64,000 nucleotides of DNA from a virus. Under the pieces are notes generated by a model. It was not told the DNA's origin and did not search any database. It saw nothing but the letters and a program-made list of their open reading frames with translations. Within the stretch, counting starts at the first letter, position 1. Each line of letters begins with the position of its first letter. Where the stretch lies: positions 4,095-68,094 of IMG/VR virus record IMGVR_UViG_3300042520_000681; one strand, written 5' to 3'. The translations under genes were made by a program, and so were the position numbers. This document shows positions 42,201 through 53,293 of this stretch, in pieces.

Positions 42201-43726
42201 TCTCTTCCGTATGTAGCTCCGGGCGTCTCTACTGGTAAAAAATCAGTTGGCAGTTTTCCAGCTTTAGCAGGCTTTGCTTCTGGCGCGGCTACCCTAGTTG
42301 CTTTAACTTCTTTAATCGCTTCTAGGGCGTTCTGTGCGTTAGCACGGGCTTCTTCTGTAGCAGCAGTAGCGAGTTCGCTTGTGAATGATTGCTCTGCTCT
42401 TGTAAGCTCTTCTGGCGCGACCTGTGCAATTGCGGAATACCTTGCAACATAATCATCCTTTGTAGGGATCGCTGTTGGAGGTGCTTCAGTTGTCTTTACG
42501 GCTTCTAGCTGCTCGTCCAACTGCCTAGCAAGCTCGTCTTGGCGCAAGATACTTGAGGATTTATCCTGCAAAACACTTGCAGTAAGCGGTGCGCCATTCT
42601 CTGCAACTTTTCTTGCAATGTCGTTTGTAGCCTCAAAGTTCTCTTCGGTTAATGTTTTTTGCTTGATAGGAGACGGACGCTCTAAGCCTCCAACAACTCC
42701 ACCCATTGCGGCTCCAGCGATGCCTTCCATCGTTCCAGCAGAGACAACGCCACGCATTGTCGGGACATCAAAGCCTTCCCTCTGTAGGGCAATGTTTGTC
42801 GCTAGTTGCTCTTGGGCGGCTTGTGCTGTTTCTGGAATAGCTTCAGTAATACCGCCCTTTAGAACGCGAGAAACCATGCCTGCTGTTGGCGCTGTTCCTT
42901 GCTTGGTAAGCATTCTAGTAATGATAGATTCAGCACCTATTGTAGATGCGGCTCCAAGCCCCGCTCCAAGCAGAATCTGATCTAGGTTCTTTCCTCCGTA
43001 AGATTGTGCATCTACCGCTGCCTTTTCTGCCTCTTGCTCTCCGATGCCAGCCTTGACTAGCTCATCCTTAACCTCACTGTAAATATTCCCCTTCGTCATA
43101 CCAGCACCCATGCCAGCACCAACACCAGTTTGAACCGCTCTAATTCCCAAAGAACCTAATTTAGCAGCACTTCCCGCAAGCCCAGTAGCCAGCACGGGAG
43201 CCATCGTTCCCAAGGCTTGAGAGAGTGTATCAACGGGAGCAATGCTGAATGCCTTGATACCTGCCTTAACTTGCTCGCCGAATCCTTTGTCCTCGGCATC
43301 CTGCATGATCCTAGCAATCTCAGTTTGATCTTCCTTGGCTTGCGCCGAAAGAAGGTCTGCCATATACCCCTCAACTCCAGACAATGATTTCGATACAGGA
43401 TTATCAGCACCGAGAATATCGGTCATCATCTTGATTCCCTGCACCCCACCTCTTGCGATGTTTACAGGAATATCGAGGGCTTGGCGGAATACGCTCTCTT
43501 CTTCTACCTTAGGCTTGGCTCCTAGTGCAGTTGCGCCTTTAGGCCGAAAACGAGATTTATCGTATTGGTATGGAATTGACGCTTGGGTTCCAATACTGGA
43601 TTCATCAACTTCTTCAAATGGTTGATTTATATCAAAGGATGAAGCGGCAGGTTTTACAATAGGTTCCTCATTGATGGGTTCAAGCTCATCAACTTCTTCA
43701 AATGGTAAGGTAGGATCAAAAGCCAT
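36260..43726 (-). CDS. giant internal virion / DNA-ejection polyvalent protein (2488 aa)
   Basis: Gly/Ala-rich membrane-like N-terminus, ART-like NPL...GYDGI...EIV module, HELGH zincin module, helical C-terminus. Confidence 0.75.
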   Translation of the reverse strand: MAFDPTLPFEEVDELEPINEEPIVKPAASSFDINQPFEEVDESSIGTQASIPYQYDKSRFRPKGATALGAKPKVEEESVFRQALDIPVNIARGGVQGIKMMTDILGADNPVSKSLSGVEGYMADLLSAQAKEDQTEIARIMQDAEDKGFGEQVKAGIKAFSIAPVDTLSQALGTMAPVLATGLAGSAAKLGSLGIRAVQTGVGAGMGAGMTKGNIYSEVKDELVKAGIGEQEAEKAAVDAQSYGGKNLDQILLGAGLGAASTIGAESIITRMLTKQGTAPTAGMVSRVLKGGITEAIPETAQAAQEQLATNIALQREGFDVPTMRGVVSAGTMEGIAGAAMGGVVGGLERPSPIKQKTLTEENFEATNDIARKVAENGAPLTASVLQDKSSSILRQDELARQLDEQLEAVKTTEAPPTAIPTKDDYVARYSAIAQVAPEELTRAEQSFTSELATAATEEARANAQNALEAIKEVKATRVAAPEAKPAKAGKLPTDFLPVETPGATYGREEGIYDVFSGIRRKPLDITQPAEPTAQPIPTDATQEIIQQEGVRQEPQDGTQVETEEAGVSGGLQPPARGEEEGQVIFGLRSVADNTATREQISALSEAGLVDIVKGKPVINEDGAAILAQPAAPAIVEQEPVTTPALEEAVTPAPIAEAPVVSEEGAQVSEITPTPTIAEEPQVSPEIENLIQRAESAATREEASQIGRDFAALDPSLPPPPSAEYEIVKAISDKAGRRPYNADALTEENITAAKEAGLVTKTKVPKLTESGRSLVTDGDRVARDREMAIGDITDRVTDQTVSAWDAKNDPASSAFQARIATQQAEPTIAPTAPVTEPVVEPSRTGITEPAITAEEQVVTEREAAPTEAVTTPTTGNPFEFFSIRNTEKSPQLGSRFGQDIEPSGKYMVESTPSASQNLDSRFEKGTVRFENPLVVEFGGGYGDSSNWKNILSNQYGGKTGAELSQAIRDAGYDGIVTIEPSKGPNRPAYTSEIVDIRSFKPKAQSVEAAPAEAPAPEVAPASDIKSISDSLITGRVGRLYEQANQVSGGRGTSVGSGGVREQIEAASLVEMRKAIDNGASLQDAASLAKASSREMIKSHNAKRKGDVNWQINENYSDSQIDQTASDILDVQEGRAEIGTKGYIVSKQTTTPAQPEGIAVGNRVKLGKSPQTYTIEEVIPQSANDKKFGEQYYNVKNEKTGETQVVEKNDMKPVSSRRRKMASEPDPLPENERYGQVKLNQRIQRYFGGKIPDRVYVVDDAVDKEKKYQAAYYPDLGILIVNNAYIKKNANVGDIIAHELGHYAFGDKKFKAAFDNFYNSLSPEDKAKIDKIVEESYNEETEESQIEESKVIAFTSYTIVNPQRRSLWNAVLDALKAFANKVFGKNFQMSDPNRTALAILSTAKRRFAAGEEIVREGEVEGPRMMAVEAEPRTEQVAGRTDRGTPIITTPVGIIKQTNEVLRKNFFDGTTVSDEATKNAWLYISRLLDIKSGEANNLAGQINDLVDVETNSDSRMGASLFSVSLANYSAKLAALGDSTMLSFLVRRINRMPVDNRAGGRKEAGEALRAAREYDIDGYGALKVEQKAKRDRTAAEIFARGNPTKEQVDAVSDAIDAADNATIGTPEEVASDVEKIEKRTKRNITKKLETLLKKGSLKEMIASIKNTPLEEQQTPGWIEKVIKGYLEQAGLTGDAATTAAKLYDSILSERFVAAKQKAFEETLGRSAPWNNYLSRNSRMAKDSLKKIQVAIRTGVLDPSKTIESVIAKENGWDGFTKEQFEKIVQLDNIINNPDNDDVTRREAMSDLNKIIVDAKLPVRFKDALGAYYVGNALMGIPTVTVNIASPIGFTVRNMMTDIGKYAFTDPARIPIAFESFLDSMRSWYDQTSYAFKNQIYLNDVVEYLQGQNVLRELFDKGKKQWANGEYAAGFVNMAVGMTQITGRVLSSLDQGAIAMLENQNITRYAMEALAANTKGKIPKDKLKEFANMVLHTKRRVIAESIASGMPRDRAGVLADLAVKSEVISALSSEGISPIDTLDASINDALLSVGRNKAITIKGAENETTNLSDEGMLSYLPISFLQTIASGAARQGSGMQIFSKMLYGFALVPARVFHNVAWFSPYGFVRLWVDNMKKNKGQDSPYAMSLQTDAQFKQRLTEAIAGSIVMLGLAALRAGSSDDEDDRQFRIVITGNGPSATTDRQYFDSWNKKWKPYSIHIVVGDTIIPINIGRGGEALFFPIMLAGAMDDWEIKKKQNDTKKEPEDLSAMASMLGSSFFALAQRGPYAAFTKPLFDASKDGRVTEELASQAGYFGKTFIPFLGTSVARNITDFINDPVDRSSVEGAIYANTPIVGPWMGAKALNALGQPVRADDWGDKLFKLGVPVVFSFPKNTPMNELNELILKQGGGPSIPTRTNAQKRFGDILTDDEFESYVREYGKVMSDRMFKNRSKLERMKPSDYDDELEKYARGYSAGDFKVKGASDMAVQAVKRMRQ

Positions 43727-43738
43727 ATTTCACGAATT

Positions 43739-44545
43739 CTAGGGCAATTCAACAAATTGTCCATTCGTGTATCTATACATCTTTCCGCCCTGCCTGTAAA
43801 CCTTTCCTTCTTTAACCTGTGAATTAGTTGGCGTTGATGCAGTAGATGGCATTGATGGTTCTGGAATTCCTTGCTGTTTTGGTGTTGGCTGATTTACTGC
43901 TCCCATTCTAGCTTTCGCCGCATCCATCCTTTGAGCTTGTATGCTCATATATATTTCATCTTCTGAAGTAAATTCACTTTTATCCTTAGATGCCGTTAGT
44001 GCATTCATGTTCTTATATGCATCCTCGTATTCCTTGTATGCATCTCCTGAAGTTGGCGGCTTAATCTTGTTGATATATCTCTCGTTGATTCTATCCAGCC
44101 TGCCAACAGTTCTTGACATGAATTCCTTACTATCCTCGATCATCGGATATTTAATCAAAAGCTGATCCCGCTTTTCCTGATAGTCAGGGTCTTGAGGATT
44201 AAGCGATGCAAACTCTGGCCTTGCTTGTATAACTTGTTCGGCAATAGACCTATCTTCATTAAGTTTTGAATCGTAAGTATTCAATTGTGCTTCACGGACT
44301 CTCAAAGCTACTTCGTTGGATTTCCTAGCAAGGTTCTCCTCGTCTAGCTGATTCTGAATATACGAAGGAACCATCGGCATAACCTGCCTAGTAGGATACT
44401 TCTCTTCAAGCGATCCGTAATTAAATGCCTCAGGTGTTCTTGATAAAGCAGATTGACTAGCCCTTTCCCAAGGCGTGTATCCGCCTTCGTAAAGATCGAC
44501 ATCTCTAATGCTTGTCTGACCACCGTATCTTCTATCTCTTGGCAT
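43739..44545 (-). CDS. putative internal virion protein
   Basis: helical; C-terminal EGKVY.Q.G..Y.Y.NGQF motif; upstream of the giant protein. Confidence 0.6.
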   Translation of the reverse strand: MPRDRRYGGQTSIRDVDLYEGGYTPWERASQSALSRTPEAFNYGSLEEKYPTRQVMPMVPSYIQNQLDEENLARKSNEVALRVREAQLNTYDSKLNEDRSIAEQVIQARPEFASLNPQDPDYQEKRDQLLIKYPMIEDSKEFMSRTVGRLDRINERYINKIKPPTSGDAYKEYEDAYKNMNALTASKDKSEFTSEDEIYMSIQAQRMDAAKARMGAVNQPTPKQQGIPEPSMPSTASTPTNSQVKEGKVYRQGGKMYRYTNGQFVELP

Positions 44546-44547
44546 AA

Positions 44548-45747
44548 TTATAAGTTTGAAAATGTTATATTATTTGCGAATTGTTCTGGATATGAATTTC
44601 GCTGATATGTAGGCTGTGAATTAAATTGGTAATAGTCAGGATTCGCTCTGCTTGTTCTTTCAGCTGCGATTCTAGCTTCCCTATCTCTTCTGACCTTTTC
44701 GGCAAGCTCTTTATTTCTAGCTTCGATCATACCTCTTTGTGATGCCTTCTGTCTAGCTCCCATTTCTTTAGGAATTCCAGCAGTATATGAGTTGATAAAA
44801 TCACCAAGCCTGTATTGCTCTACATAATCTCCAGCCATACCAGCATTACGATATGCTTTCTTTAGAGATGATAGCTGTTTATTATATTGGTTTAATTGAT
44901 CTTCACTAGACCTTTTAGCAGCAATATCCGAGGCGAATTGTGAATAACGCTGCTTTGATTCAGCTTCTCTTTCTTTTCTGCCAGAGCTAAGTCTTTCTAG
45001 ATTCTGAAAATATTTATCTTGCTGTTCTTTTGTTGCGCCTAGATTTTGCAATTTGCTACGCAATACATCTTCTTTTGATTTTGGTTGTGCAGTGACATTT
45101 CCAATAGCTGCATTCTGCATGTATTGATCTCTAAGAGCCTCTTCTTCTGTTGCGGTTTTTGCCGGGAATTTAATCCCTGCAATAGCTCCAATATTCTTTT
45201 TTTCCTTACCAAGTCTTTTATTTGTTTCTTTTTCTCCAATGGTTTGCACCATGTAATCTCGTTCAGCTTTTCTTCTAGCTCGCTCCCTATCTAACGCATC
45301 TTTAGCTGCTTTTTCTGAACCATAGAATTTATCTTGTGATGGTTCGCCACCCTCAAACATTACGCGCCAAATTTTACTTGATTCAGCTTTTGGAATTGAA
45401 GTGGTAATTGCAGGAGTTTCCTCTCGCTCAACTTTAACTGGCTCCTCTTCAGTTTTCTGCGGTTCAGCCTGTTCGTCAAATTGAGTTGGGATATTGTAAT
45501 ACGGATACCTTCCAAAACTAGCTGGCTTTCCCGCAAGTCCATAAGCTGCCTCAGTTCCAGCAGCAGTAAGGTTTACAGATTGCGGATATAAATTAAGAAG
45601 TGGCTCTTGACCATATTCCTTAACAACATCCTCGATGAAGTTATATCCGCGCCCGATTCCGCTTTTAGCAGAACGGTATGCGCTGCCTAATGCAGATCGT
45701 GCTTTTCTACCGAGTTCTCCTGCTTCTGTGAATTCTTGTTCAGCCAT
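44548..45747 (-). CDS. putative internal virion protein
   Basis: charged helical 399-aa protein in the ejection-protein cluster. Confidence 0.55.
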   Translation of the reverse strand: MAEQEFTEAGELGRKARSALGSAYRSAKSGIGRGYNFIEDVVKEYGQEPLLNLYPQSVNLTAAGTEAAYGLAGKPASFGRYPYYNIPTQFDEQAEPQKTEEEPVKVEREETPAITTSIPKAESSKIWRVMFEGGEPSQDKFYGSEKAAKDALDRERARRKAERDYMVQTIGEKETNKRLGKEKKNIGAIAGIKFPAKTATEEEALRDQYMQNAAIGNVTAQPKSKEDVLRSKLQNLGATKEQQDKYFQNLERLSSGRKEREAESKQRYSQFASDIAAKRSSEDQLNQYNKQLSSLKKAYRNAGMAGDYVEQYRLGDFINSYTAGIPKEMGARQKASQRGMIEARNKELAEKVRRDREARIAAERTSRANPDYYQFNSQPTYQRNSYPEQFANNITFSNL

Positions 45748-45813
45748 ATCTTTAATCTTTTATTGTTTAACAGTATTATAGACTACTTGATTTAATTTCA
45801 ATGTATAAAATAG

Positions 45814-46908
45814 TTACTTCGGAGATGCGTTGTAATAAGAGGATAGCAATACATTTTTATTGAATCCAGTATTGCCTCCGTAAGCTCTTGATCTAGAACT
45901 AAGCGAGTCATCAGTTAGCAGAACCTTCCCATTTGGTAATGATGTATATATTGGATATTTATTTGATCCTGATGGGAAAACAACAGACGATGTAGTTAGT
46001 GCATCTAGATTAGCATCGTAAATTTGAGCAGATGTGGCGCTATTAGGGACAAGAAATATCTTTCCGTCCGGTAAAAGAATACTTCCATTCAGCCCAGAAA
46101 TCGGAGTTGCTGATGATATAATAGATATATCAAGGTTTGGGTAATATATTTTAATTGATACTCCATTAAAAATAAACACTCTTCCATCTTGGAGTAATAA
46201 TGAACGCCCACCGCCAGAAACATTTGGCGTTACAATTGTATTAGATACTGGATCATAAATTCTGCAAGAAGACCCTGATAAAAAAATCCTGCCATCCTTT
46301 AGTAGTATTGCGTTATTTATGGAAAAATTTATTGTTCCTCCTGCGCTTGAATATGTATTGTTTACTGTATTAAAAATACTTGCGGTGTTTGAAGAAGCAC
46401 CATCTGGATAGCAATAAACATTCCCACTCGTCATCAATACGCCACCTCTAAGGTAATTAGGAGCGCCACCAATTATCTGTGATGGATATGAACGCGGAAC
46501 ATAAATATTTGTATTTCCGCCGTAATATGGTATAAGGAATATACTCCTATTTTTTAATAGGACTCCACCGGAAAATCTTATATTGTATGTATATTGAAAG
46601 CCAAACGCTTCATCAATTGAAAACGAGTTAGTTGATGGATCATATATGTATCCATTTATTGCCGGGAAGCCCTCAAACCAAAACGGAATCATATACACCT
46701 TTAAATTACCAGAATTATCCGGAAATGAAACGCATCCATTCACAAAAACGCTTCCGCCTGCGGCAGTAATGGCTGTAGCAGAATCAGAAACGGTAGCAGT
46801 TGCTATCGTTGAATTCATTGAATTCTCGAAAGCACTCCAATATGCAGGACCGATTAATCTCCAGTCTAATGCAGAGCCAGCGCCACTATAGTTTCTTGCC
46901 GCGAACAT
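45814..46908 (-). CDS. Kelch-like beta-propeller protein (candidate receptor binding)
   Basis: repeated (GG)xLLxDGRxF...IYDP motifs; AT-rich. Confidence 0.75.
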   Translation of the reverse strand: MFAARNYSGAGSALDWRLIGPAYWSAFENSMNSTIATATVSDSATAITAAGGSVFVNGCVSFPDNSGNLKVYMIPFWFEGFPAINGYIYDPSTNSFSIDEAFGFQYTYNIRFSGGVLLKNRSIFLIPYYGGNTNIYVPRSYPSQIIGGAPNYLRGGVLMTSGNVYCYPDGASSNTASIFNTVNNTYSSAGGTINFSINNAILLKDGRIFLSGSSCRIYDPVSNTIVTPNVSGGGRSLLLQDGRVFIFNGVSIKIYYPNLDISIISSATPISGLNGSILLPDGKIFLVPNSATSAQIYDANLDALTTSSVVFPSGSNKYPIYTSLPNGKVLLTDDSLSSRSRAYGGNTGFNKNVLLSSYYNASPK

Positions 46909-46910
46909 TT

Positions 46911-48680
<1,770 letters not shown>

Positions 48681-48683
48681 AAT

Positions 48684-49664
48684 TTATCTTCCGGGCCAAA
48701 GGTTTTCAAACTGCATAGTTGATCTGTCAATGTTTAGCCTCCATTGTGATCCTCCGCGAACTTCACGGCTTTCTCCATTTAAAAGTTGTAACGCTTTCAT
48801 GAAATACATTTCTGATCTATCCATATCACCCTCGTCTTCCCATTTCAATGACATTAGCATGTTTTTGAGTGCGCCGAGGTTTGATACGATAACTTCGTCT
48901 GTATCGTAAACGCATGGAACGAAGCGAATCTTGCACAGAACATCAAGATAATCTACAGTTGGCTCGTTAGGAACTGCGTAACGGTGATAGCTTGCGGTTG
49001 TCTCCGTGGACTCGTATGCGCCGATCTGTTCTTCGCTTGCTCCGCTAACAGCATAAAGGTTCACATTGCCAACGGTCATCGGCTTACTGAAGAATGTAAT
49101 TGGCCCCTTGAATACTTGGGCGTTTGTTGCTGTTGGATTAGCAAGCATCACTTGAATTGTAACATCGTTATTATTCTCGTCCTTGCCTTTAATAACAACA
49201 GACTCATCTGCATCACTAACATTCTCAATCTCCAGCTTGAGCGTGTATGTCTCGTATGTCGTGTTAGCGAATGTCACGAATCCATCTCCAAGGTCATCAA
49301 AGAATGTTTCGTTGTAGCCATATCTAGGCCAATACGAAGCTGTCCACAAATCAGAGATAGGATTAAGGTATGAGAACCATCCGTTGCGAATCTTAATTGG
49401 TCCGGTAGCCCAGCTATCCGCTCCCGTGTTCTTATTCCACTTCGCAGCGAGTGCAGATACGAACCTGCGAGGAAGTGTAATCATCCCGCTAGGTGAGTAG
49501 AATCGGACAGGAAGGATCGTGCCGTTCCACTTCCCGCTGTTAATCAATCTTTCCTGCGCTAGATTAAGATATGAATTAAAGCGTTCTATACTAGACTGGC
49601 TATCTATAGATGGGACGATAGCAGAGTATAGTTGCGATCTTGCCTCTGATAGAGTTATTCGCAT
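48684..49664 (-). CDS. head-tail adaptor (tail tubular protein A-like)
   Basis: TL.EAR..L, YLN.AQERL, ITLP, and a C-terminal helical pattern typical of podovirus adaptors. Confidence 0.55.
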   Translation of the reverse strand: MRITLSEARSQLYSAIVPSIDSQSSIERFNSYLNLAQERLINSGKWNGTILPVRFYSPSGMITLPRRFVSALAAKWNKNTGADSWATGPIKIRNGWFSYLNPISDLWTASYWPRYGYNETFFDDLGDGFVTFANTTYETYTLKLEIENVSDADESVVIKGKDENNNDVTIQVMLANPTATNAQVFKGPITFFSKPMTVGNVNLYAVSGASEEQIGAYESTETTASYHRYAVPNEPTVDYLDVLCKIRFVPCVYDTDEVIVSNLGALKNMLMSLKWEDEGDMDRSEMYFMKALQLLNGESREVRGGSQWRLNIDRSTMQFENLWPGR

Positions 49665-49686
49665 TTAATTAAATCAAATACTATTG

Positions 49687-50052
49687 TTATGCAATACCTT
49701 TAAGGTTTTTAAGATATGCTGAATAATCAGACATACTTTTTTTCATTGTTTCACGGCTTTGCCCTTTTCCAAGTTGACTTGATAATTGATTTTCGTATTG
49801 AGATAATGCTTTCTTTGGGCCTGCTACAGCAGACCTCGTTGCATCAAGACCTCTCATGGCAATGTTTGTTTGAATCCTAGCCCTTTCAGCCGCAATTTTC
49901 TCTTCATCTAATTTCCTTTGCTCTTCAAGACTTAAACGCTGCTGAGTAGCTGCGCTCAATTGTGGACCGGGGGTCGTCTGCTTGATTACAGGAGTAGCCC
50001 CACCAATTCTTTGATACGATGACGATATTGATGTTGTAGGTGTAGTTGCCAT
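49687..50052 (-). CDS. hypothetical virion-region protein
   Basis: 121-aa ORF. Confidence 0.5.
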   Translation of the reverse strand: MATTPTTSISSSYQRIGGATPVIKQTTPGPQLSAATQQRLSLEEQRKLDEEKIAAERARIQTNIAMRGLDATRSAVAGPKKALSQYENQLSSQLGKGQSRETMKKSMSDYSAYLKNLKGIA

Positions 50053-50110
50053 AATTTATTTATATTTACATGTTGAATTGAAAAAGTAAACAATAAAATG
50101 TTTCTGCGAT

Positions 50111-50590
50111 TTACGGTGTTGGTCCAGTTGCTCCGCAGTCCGTTGTTTGCATCCACTCTAAAACCCCATCAACATATCCCAAAACAAATGTTCCTGTGTC
50201 TGATGGCGATCCCAGTGTTGTCCAATTGCTAATACTAGGATCATAGAAAATTAAAGATTTATTGCTTGCGACAATCCAGCTTGGAACTCCTGCTGTAATT
50301 GTTAATATTCCATCTGTTAGTGGTTTAGGAAATGTAATCCAGTCAACTCCATCATTATACAGCATGTCCCCTTGATCTCCCGGAACAAGCTCTCCGGGTG
50401 GTCCTTGAATCCCTTGCGGTCCTTGTCCGCCACCTGAATTATTTCCACCAGCCGATCCATTGACTCCAGCAAAATCAACTACATCTCCAGAAAATCCCCT
50501 TGCTCCCTCGCTTGGATGTCCTCCAAATCCAAATAATCCTTCGTTCTTTAAAGGTAATGGCTTTTGTTGATATTGATAATCGTCTGTCAT
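50111..50590 (-). CDS. short fibre-like protein
   Basis: short GPQ collagen plus GDMLY.DG..W fibre repeats. Confidence 0.6.
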   Translation of the reverse strand: MTDDYQYQQKPLPLKNEGLFGFGGHPSEGARGFSGDVVDFAGVNGSAGGNNSGGGQGPQGIQGPPGELVPGDQGDMLYNDGVDWITFPKPLTDGILTITAGVPSWIVASNKSLIFYDPSISNWTTLGSPSDTGTFVLGYVDGVLEWMQTTDCGATGPTP

Positions 50591-53025
50591 CTTAATGTAA
50601 CATATCCAGTTCTTTTAAACCAAATTCCAGACCTGTAATATTCAACATCAGAAAATATAACTTTTTCTAATCCGATCTGAGCTTGATACGAACTTCTCGA
50701 TGGAATTGATGAAGGAAATGTAACAGTTTCACTTAATCCAGAATATCTCATATCAAACGAATTCGCTGTAATTGGACCTATCGTAACATTGTTGCATATC
50801 ACATCTCCAAAGTTGAATGAAAATAATGATCCGTTAAATGATATATTTTGCGTTGATATTTGAAAAATAGGATCAGGAGTTGGTTGCGAAGAATAAAAGG
50901 TTGTAACAATTTTAATTGGAGCCGGAACACTTAAAGCTGCCCTTAGATTTGGTTGAACGGAAACATATTTATTTATTCCTGTTTGATATTGAGATTCATC
51001 TACGCTAATTGGAACCCTTCCAAAACCAAGGTTTAATGATGTTACGACAACTGAATCTAAAATTGCAGGAAATGTAAATTGTTGAGTTTTATATTCCGTT
51101 CTAGTTGGAGGCAAGTTTGCCATCCTGCTAGTAATTCTAAGCGTCTTCCATTGGTCAATCGGCCTATCGTTTGAAGTTAAAACAAGCGGAGGAGCGACAT
51201 AAGGAGTATTGTGATCTATTACTGTCCTCTCGTTAATGATAACAACATCAAGTTGCTCATCCAAATCGTATGTCGTCAGATTTGGATACGAAGGAACAGT
51301 AACCGTTTCTCTGCGAGCTTTAGCTGAATCAATGGCGTTGATTTGATCTTGTAAAACAAATTTACCTCCAGCGGGAGTGTCGCCAATTGGAACAATTTTT
51401 TGAGCTACAGTTGCCTGAACTTGACCAACTGCGCTATCAACAAGAGATGTTGTTTCTAAAACAATTGGCCCAGTTGATTCTACTGTTGTCTTTTTACTCT
51501 TTGTTGAATCAATTGGATCAACAACTGAAGAAACGATTGTTTCAGTAAGTGTATCTGGTTCTGTTCCTGCCGCAACTATTTCTTCAGTAACAGTTGTCTC
51601 TCCAAGAAGACCATCTTTCTTTTGCCCACCAGAAAGAGTAGTTGGGCCTATTGAAGTAATAGTAACCTTTCTACTTTTAGCGGAATCAATAGGCTCGATT
51701 ACAGAGGAAACCACTGTTTGGCTTAATGCGTCAGGATTTGATCCTGCGGTAACGATTGATTCTGCAACGGTAGTCTCTCCAAGCAAACCATCCTTGTTTT
51801 GACCACCAGACAATGTTAATGGCCCTAAAGATGATACTGTTACTTTCCTGCTTCTAACAGAATCTATCGGTTCAACAGCAGACGAAATAACGGATAATGA
51901 TAATGGGTCTTCTGAAGTTCCTGCTGGAACAATACTTTCAACCGTTGATTTAAGCCCAAGCAACCCTTGCTCCCCTTGTTTTCCTGAAAGAGTCGGGGTG
52001 CTATTTATCACAACATTCTGCTTGATAGCCTTGCCGGAATCAACCTGCCTCACCTCGCTTGATAGAATGGTTGAGCTTACTGCATCAGGATTGGAACTTG
52101 GAGAAACAACGCTCTGAGTAGATGTAATGTCTCCTAACAGCTTCCCGTCTTTACTTTTTTGAGTAAGGCTAGTCGGGCCGCTTGAAGTAGTCGTTCTCTT
52201 CCTAGCTTTAGTTGCAGAAAATTGTTCAACAACAGATGAAACGATTGTCTGCGATAACGCATCTGGGTTTGTAGATGGCGCAACAATATCATCCGTTGTT
52301 ATTGTTTCTCCGAGCAACCCCTCCTTCTTTTCTTTAATCTGAAGAAGCGAGTGGTCTTGAACTGTAGATGTTGTCTTTACTCCCTTGCCCATCTCTTCCT
52401 GCACAACTTGCGATCCAGTTACAAGCAAGCCATCTGGGTCTGGAGGGGTAAATGGAGGAACAGTCTGAACGATTACAGTCTCCAAGTCTCCACGCTCATT
52501 ATATCTCTTCGTCGGAACTTCTGGCCCCGGCAATGTCTCGTAAACTCTGGTTACGCTGACATACTTGGAATCAAGTTCTCCTTCAATTCGATTAGCTTCT
52601 TCATCTACAAGAACTGCCGTAGGGAATAGCGGATCAGGAGTCCCGTCAGGCAGGGGAGCGTAACCTTCTCTAGGGACAACATATGTCCTGATGTAGATCG
52701 GGTGCTGTTGCGAACCCGCACTATACTTAATAGCATAGTTATACGAGTCTTGATTTACACGATCATTAACCCAAATGCGTTTGATCCATTGCCCATCCTC
52801 GCTAGTGGGCTGCTGATAAACCAGCTTGTGTTCTGGGAAGCTGCCTTGATTTGGCGCGTGGCTTACATCCTTCCAGAGCGTTCCGTATTCTAGCTTTTGG
52901 TAATCGCCCTTCCACGAATTGACTACCTCCGCAATAACAACATCGTCTATTACTGGAGTTGGAAATGATTCAATGCCCTTTGCTGGAGCTGGGTTCATTG
53001 CGTTCGTTGTTTTAATCGGCTGCAT
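50587..53025 (-). CDS. virion-region protein with tandem 59-aa repeats
   Basis: GLLGETT...PDAL...SS...PIDS.K repeated; DNA period of 177 bp (51601 vs 51778). Confidence 0.75.
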   Translation of the reverse strand: MQPIKTTNAMNPAPAKGIESFPTPVIDDVVIAEVVNSWKGDYQKLEYGTLWKDVSHAPNQGSFPEHKLVYQQPTSEDGQWIKRIWVNDRVNQDSYNYAIKYSAGSQQHPIYIRTYVVPREGYAPLPDGTPDPLFPTAVLVDEEANRIEGELDSKYVSVTRVYETLPGPEVPTKRYNERGDLETVIVQTVPPFTPPDPDGLLVTGSQVVQEEMGKGVKTTSTVQDHSLLQIKEKKEGLLGETITTDDIVAPSTNPDALSQTIVSSVVEQFSATKARKRTTTSSGPTSLTQKSKDGKLLGDITSTQSVVSPSSNPDAVSSTILSSEVRQVDSGKAIKQNVVINSTPTLSGKQGEQGLLGLKSTVESIVPAGTSEDPLSLSVISSAVEPIDSVRSRKVTVSSLGPLTLSGGQNKDGLLGETTVAESIVTAGSNPDALSQTVVSSVIEPIDSAKSRKVTITSIGPTTLSGGQKKDGLLGETTVTEEIVAAGTEPDTLTETIVSSVVDPIDSTKSKKTTVESTGPIVLETTSLVDSAVGQVQATVAQKIVPIGDTPAGGKFVLQDQINAIDSAKARRETVTVPSYPNLTTYDLDEQLDVVIINERTVIDHNTPYVAPPLVLTSNDRPIDQWKTLRITSRMANLPPTRTEYKTQQFTFPAILDSVVVTSLNLGFGRVPISVDESQYQTGINKYVSVQPNLRAALSVPAPIKIVTTFYSSQPTPDPIFQISTQNISFNGSLFSFNFGDVICNNVTIGPITANSFDMRYSGLSETVTFPSSIPSRSSYQAQIGLEKVIFSDVEYYRSGIWFKRTGYVTLR

Positions 53026-53053
53026 ATATTAATACTTATTTCATTCAATAGAT

Positions 53054-53293
53054 TCAATCAATGTAATTTTTGGCAGAGTCGCAACATCCACTTACTTTTG
53101 GTTTATCGCTAGGATGCGATTTGGAGTATCTGTAATTTAATTCATTAGCATAATCTTTATTGTTTTGGCTTGAACTAATACACTGTATGCAATTCCCGAT
53201 GTATGGATGTCCGCCAAACAATCCTATTTTGCAAACAAAAAGATTCTTCGCTTTTGTTTCTATTTGATGTTCGCAAGAAATTCCACTTCTCAT
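53054..53293 (-). CDS. small Cys-rich protein
   Basis: C, C..G..GG.P..G.C..C, SGCCD. Confidence 0.55.
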   Translation of the reverse strand: MRSGISCEHQIETKAKNLFVCKIGLFGGHPYIGNCIQCISSSQNNKDYANELNYRYSKSHPSDKPKVSGCCDSAKNYID

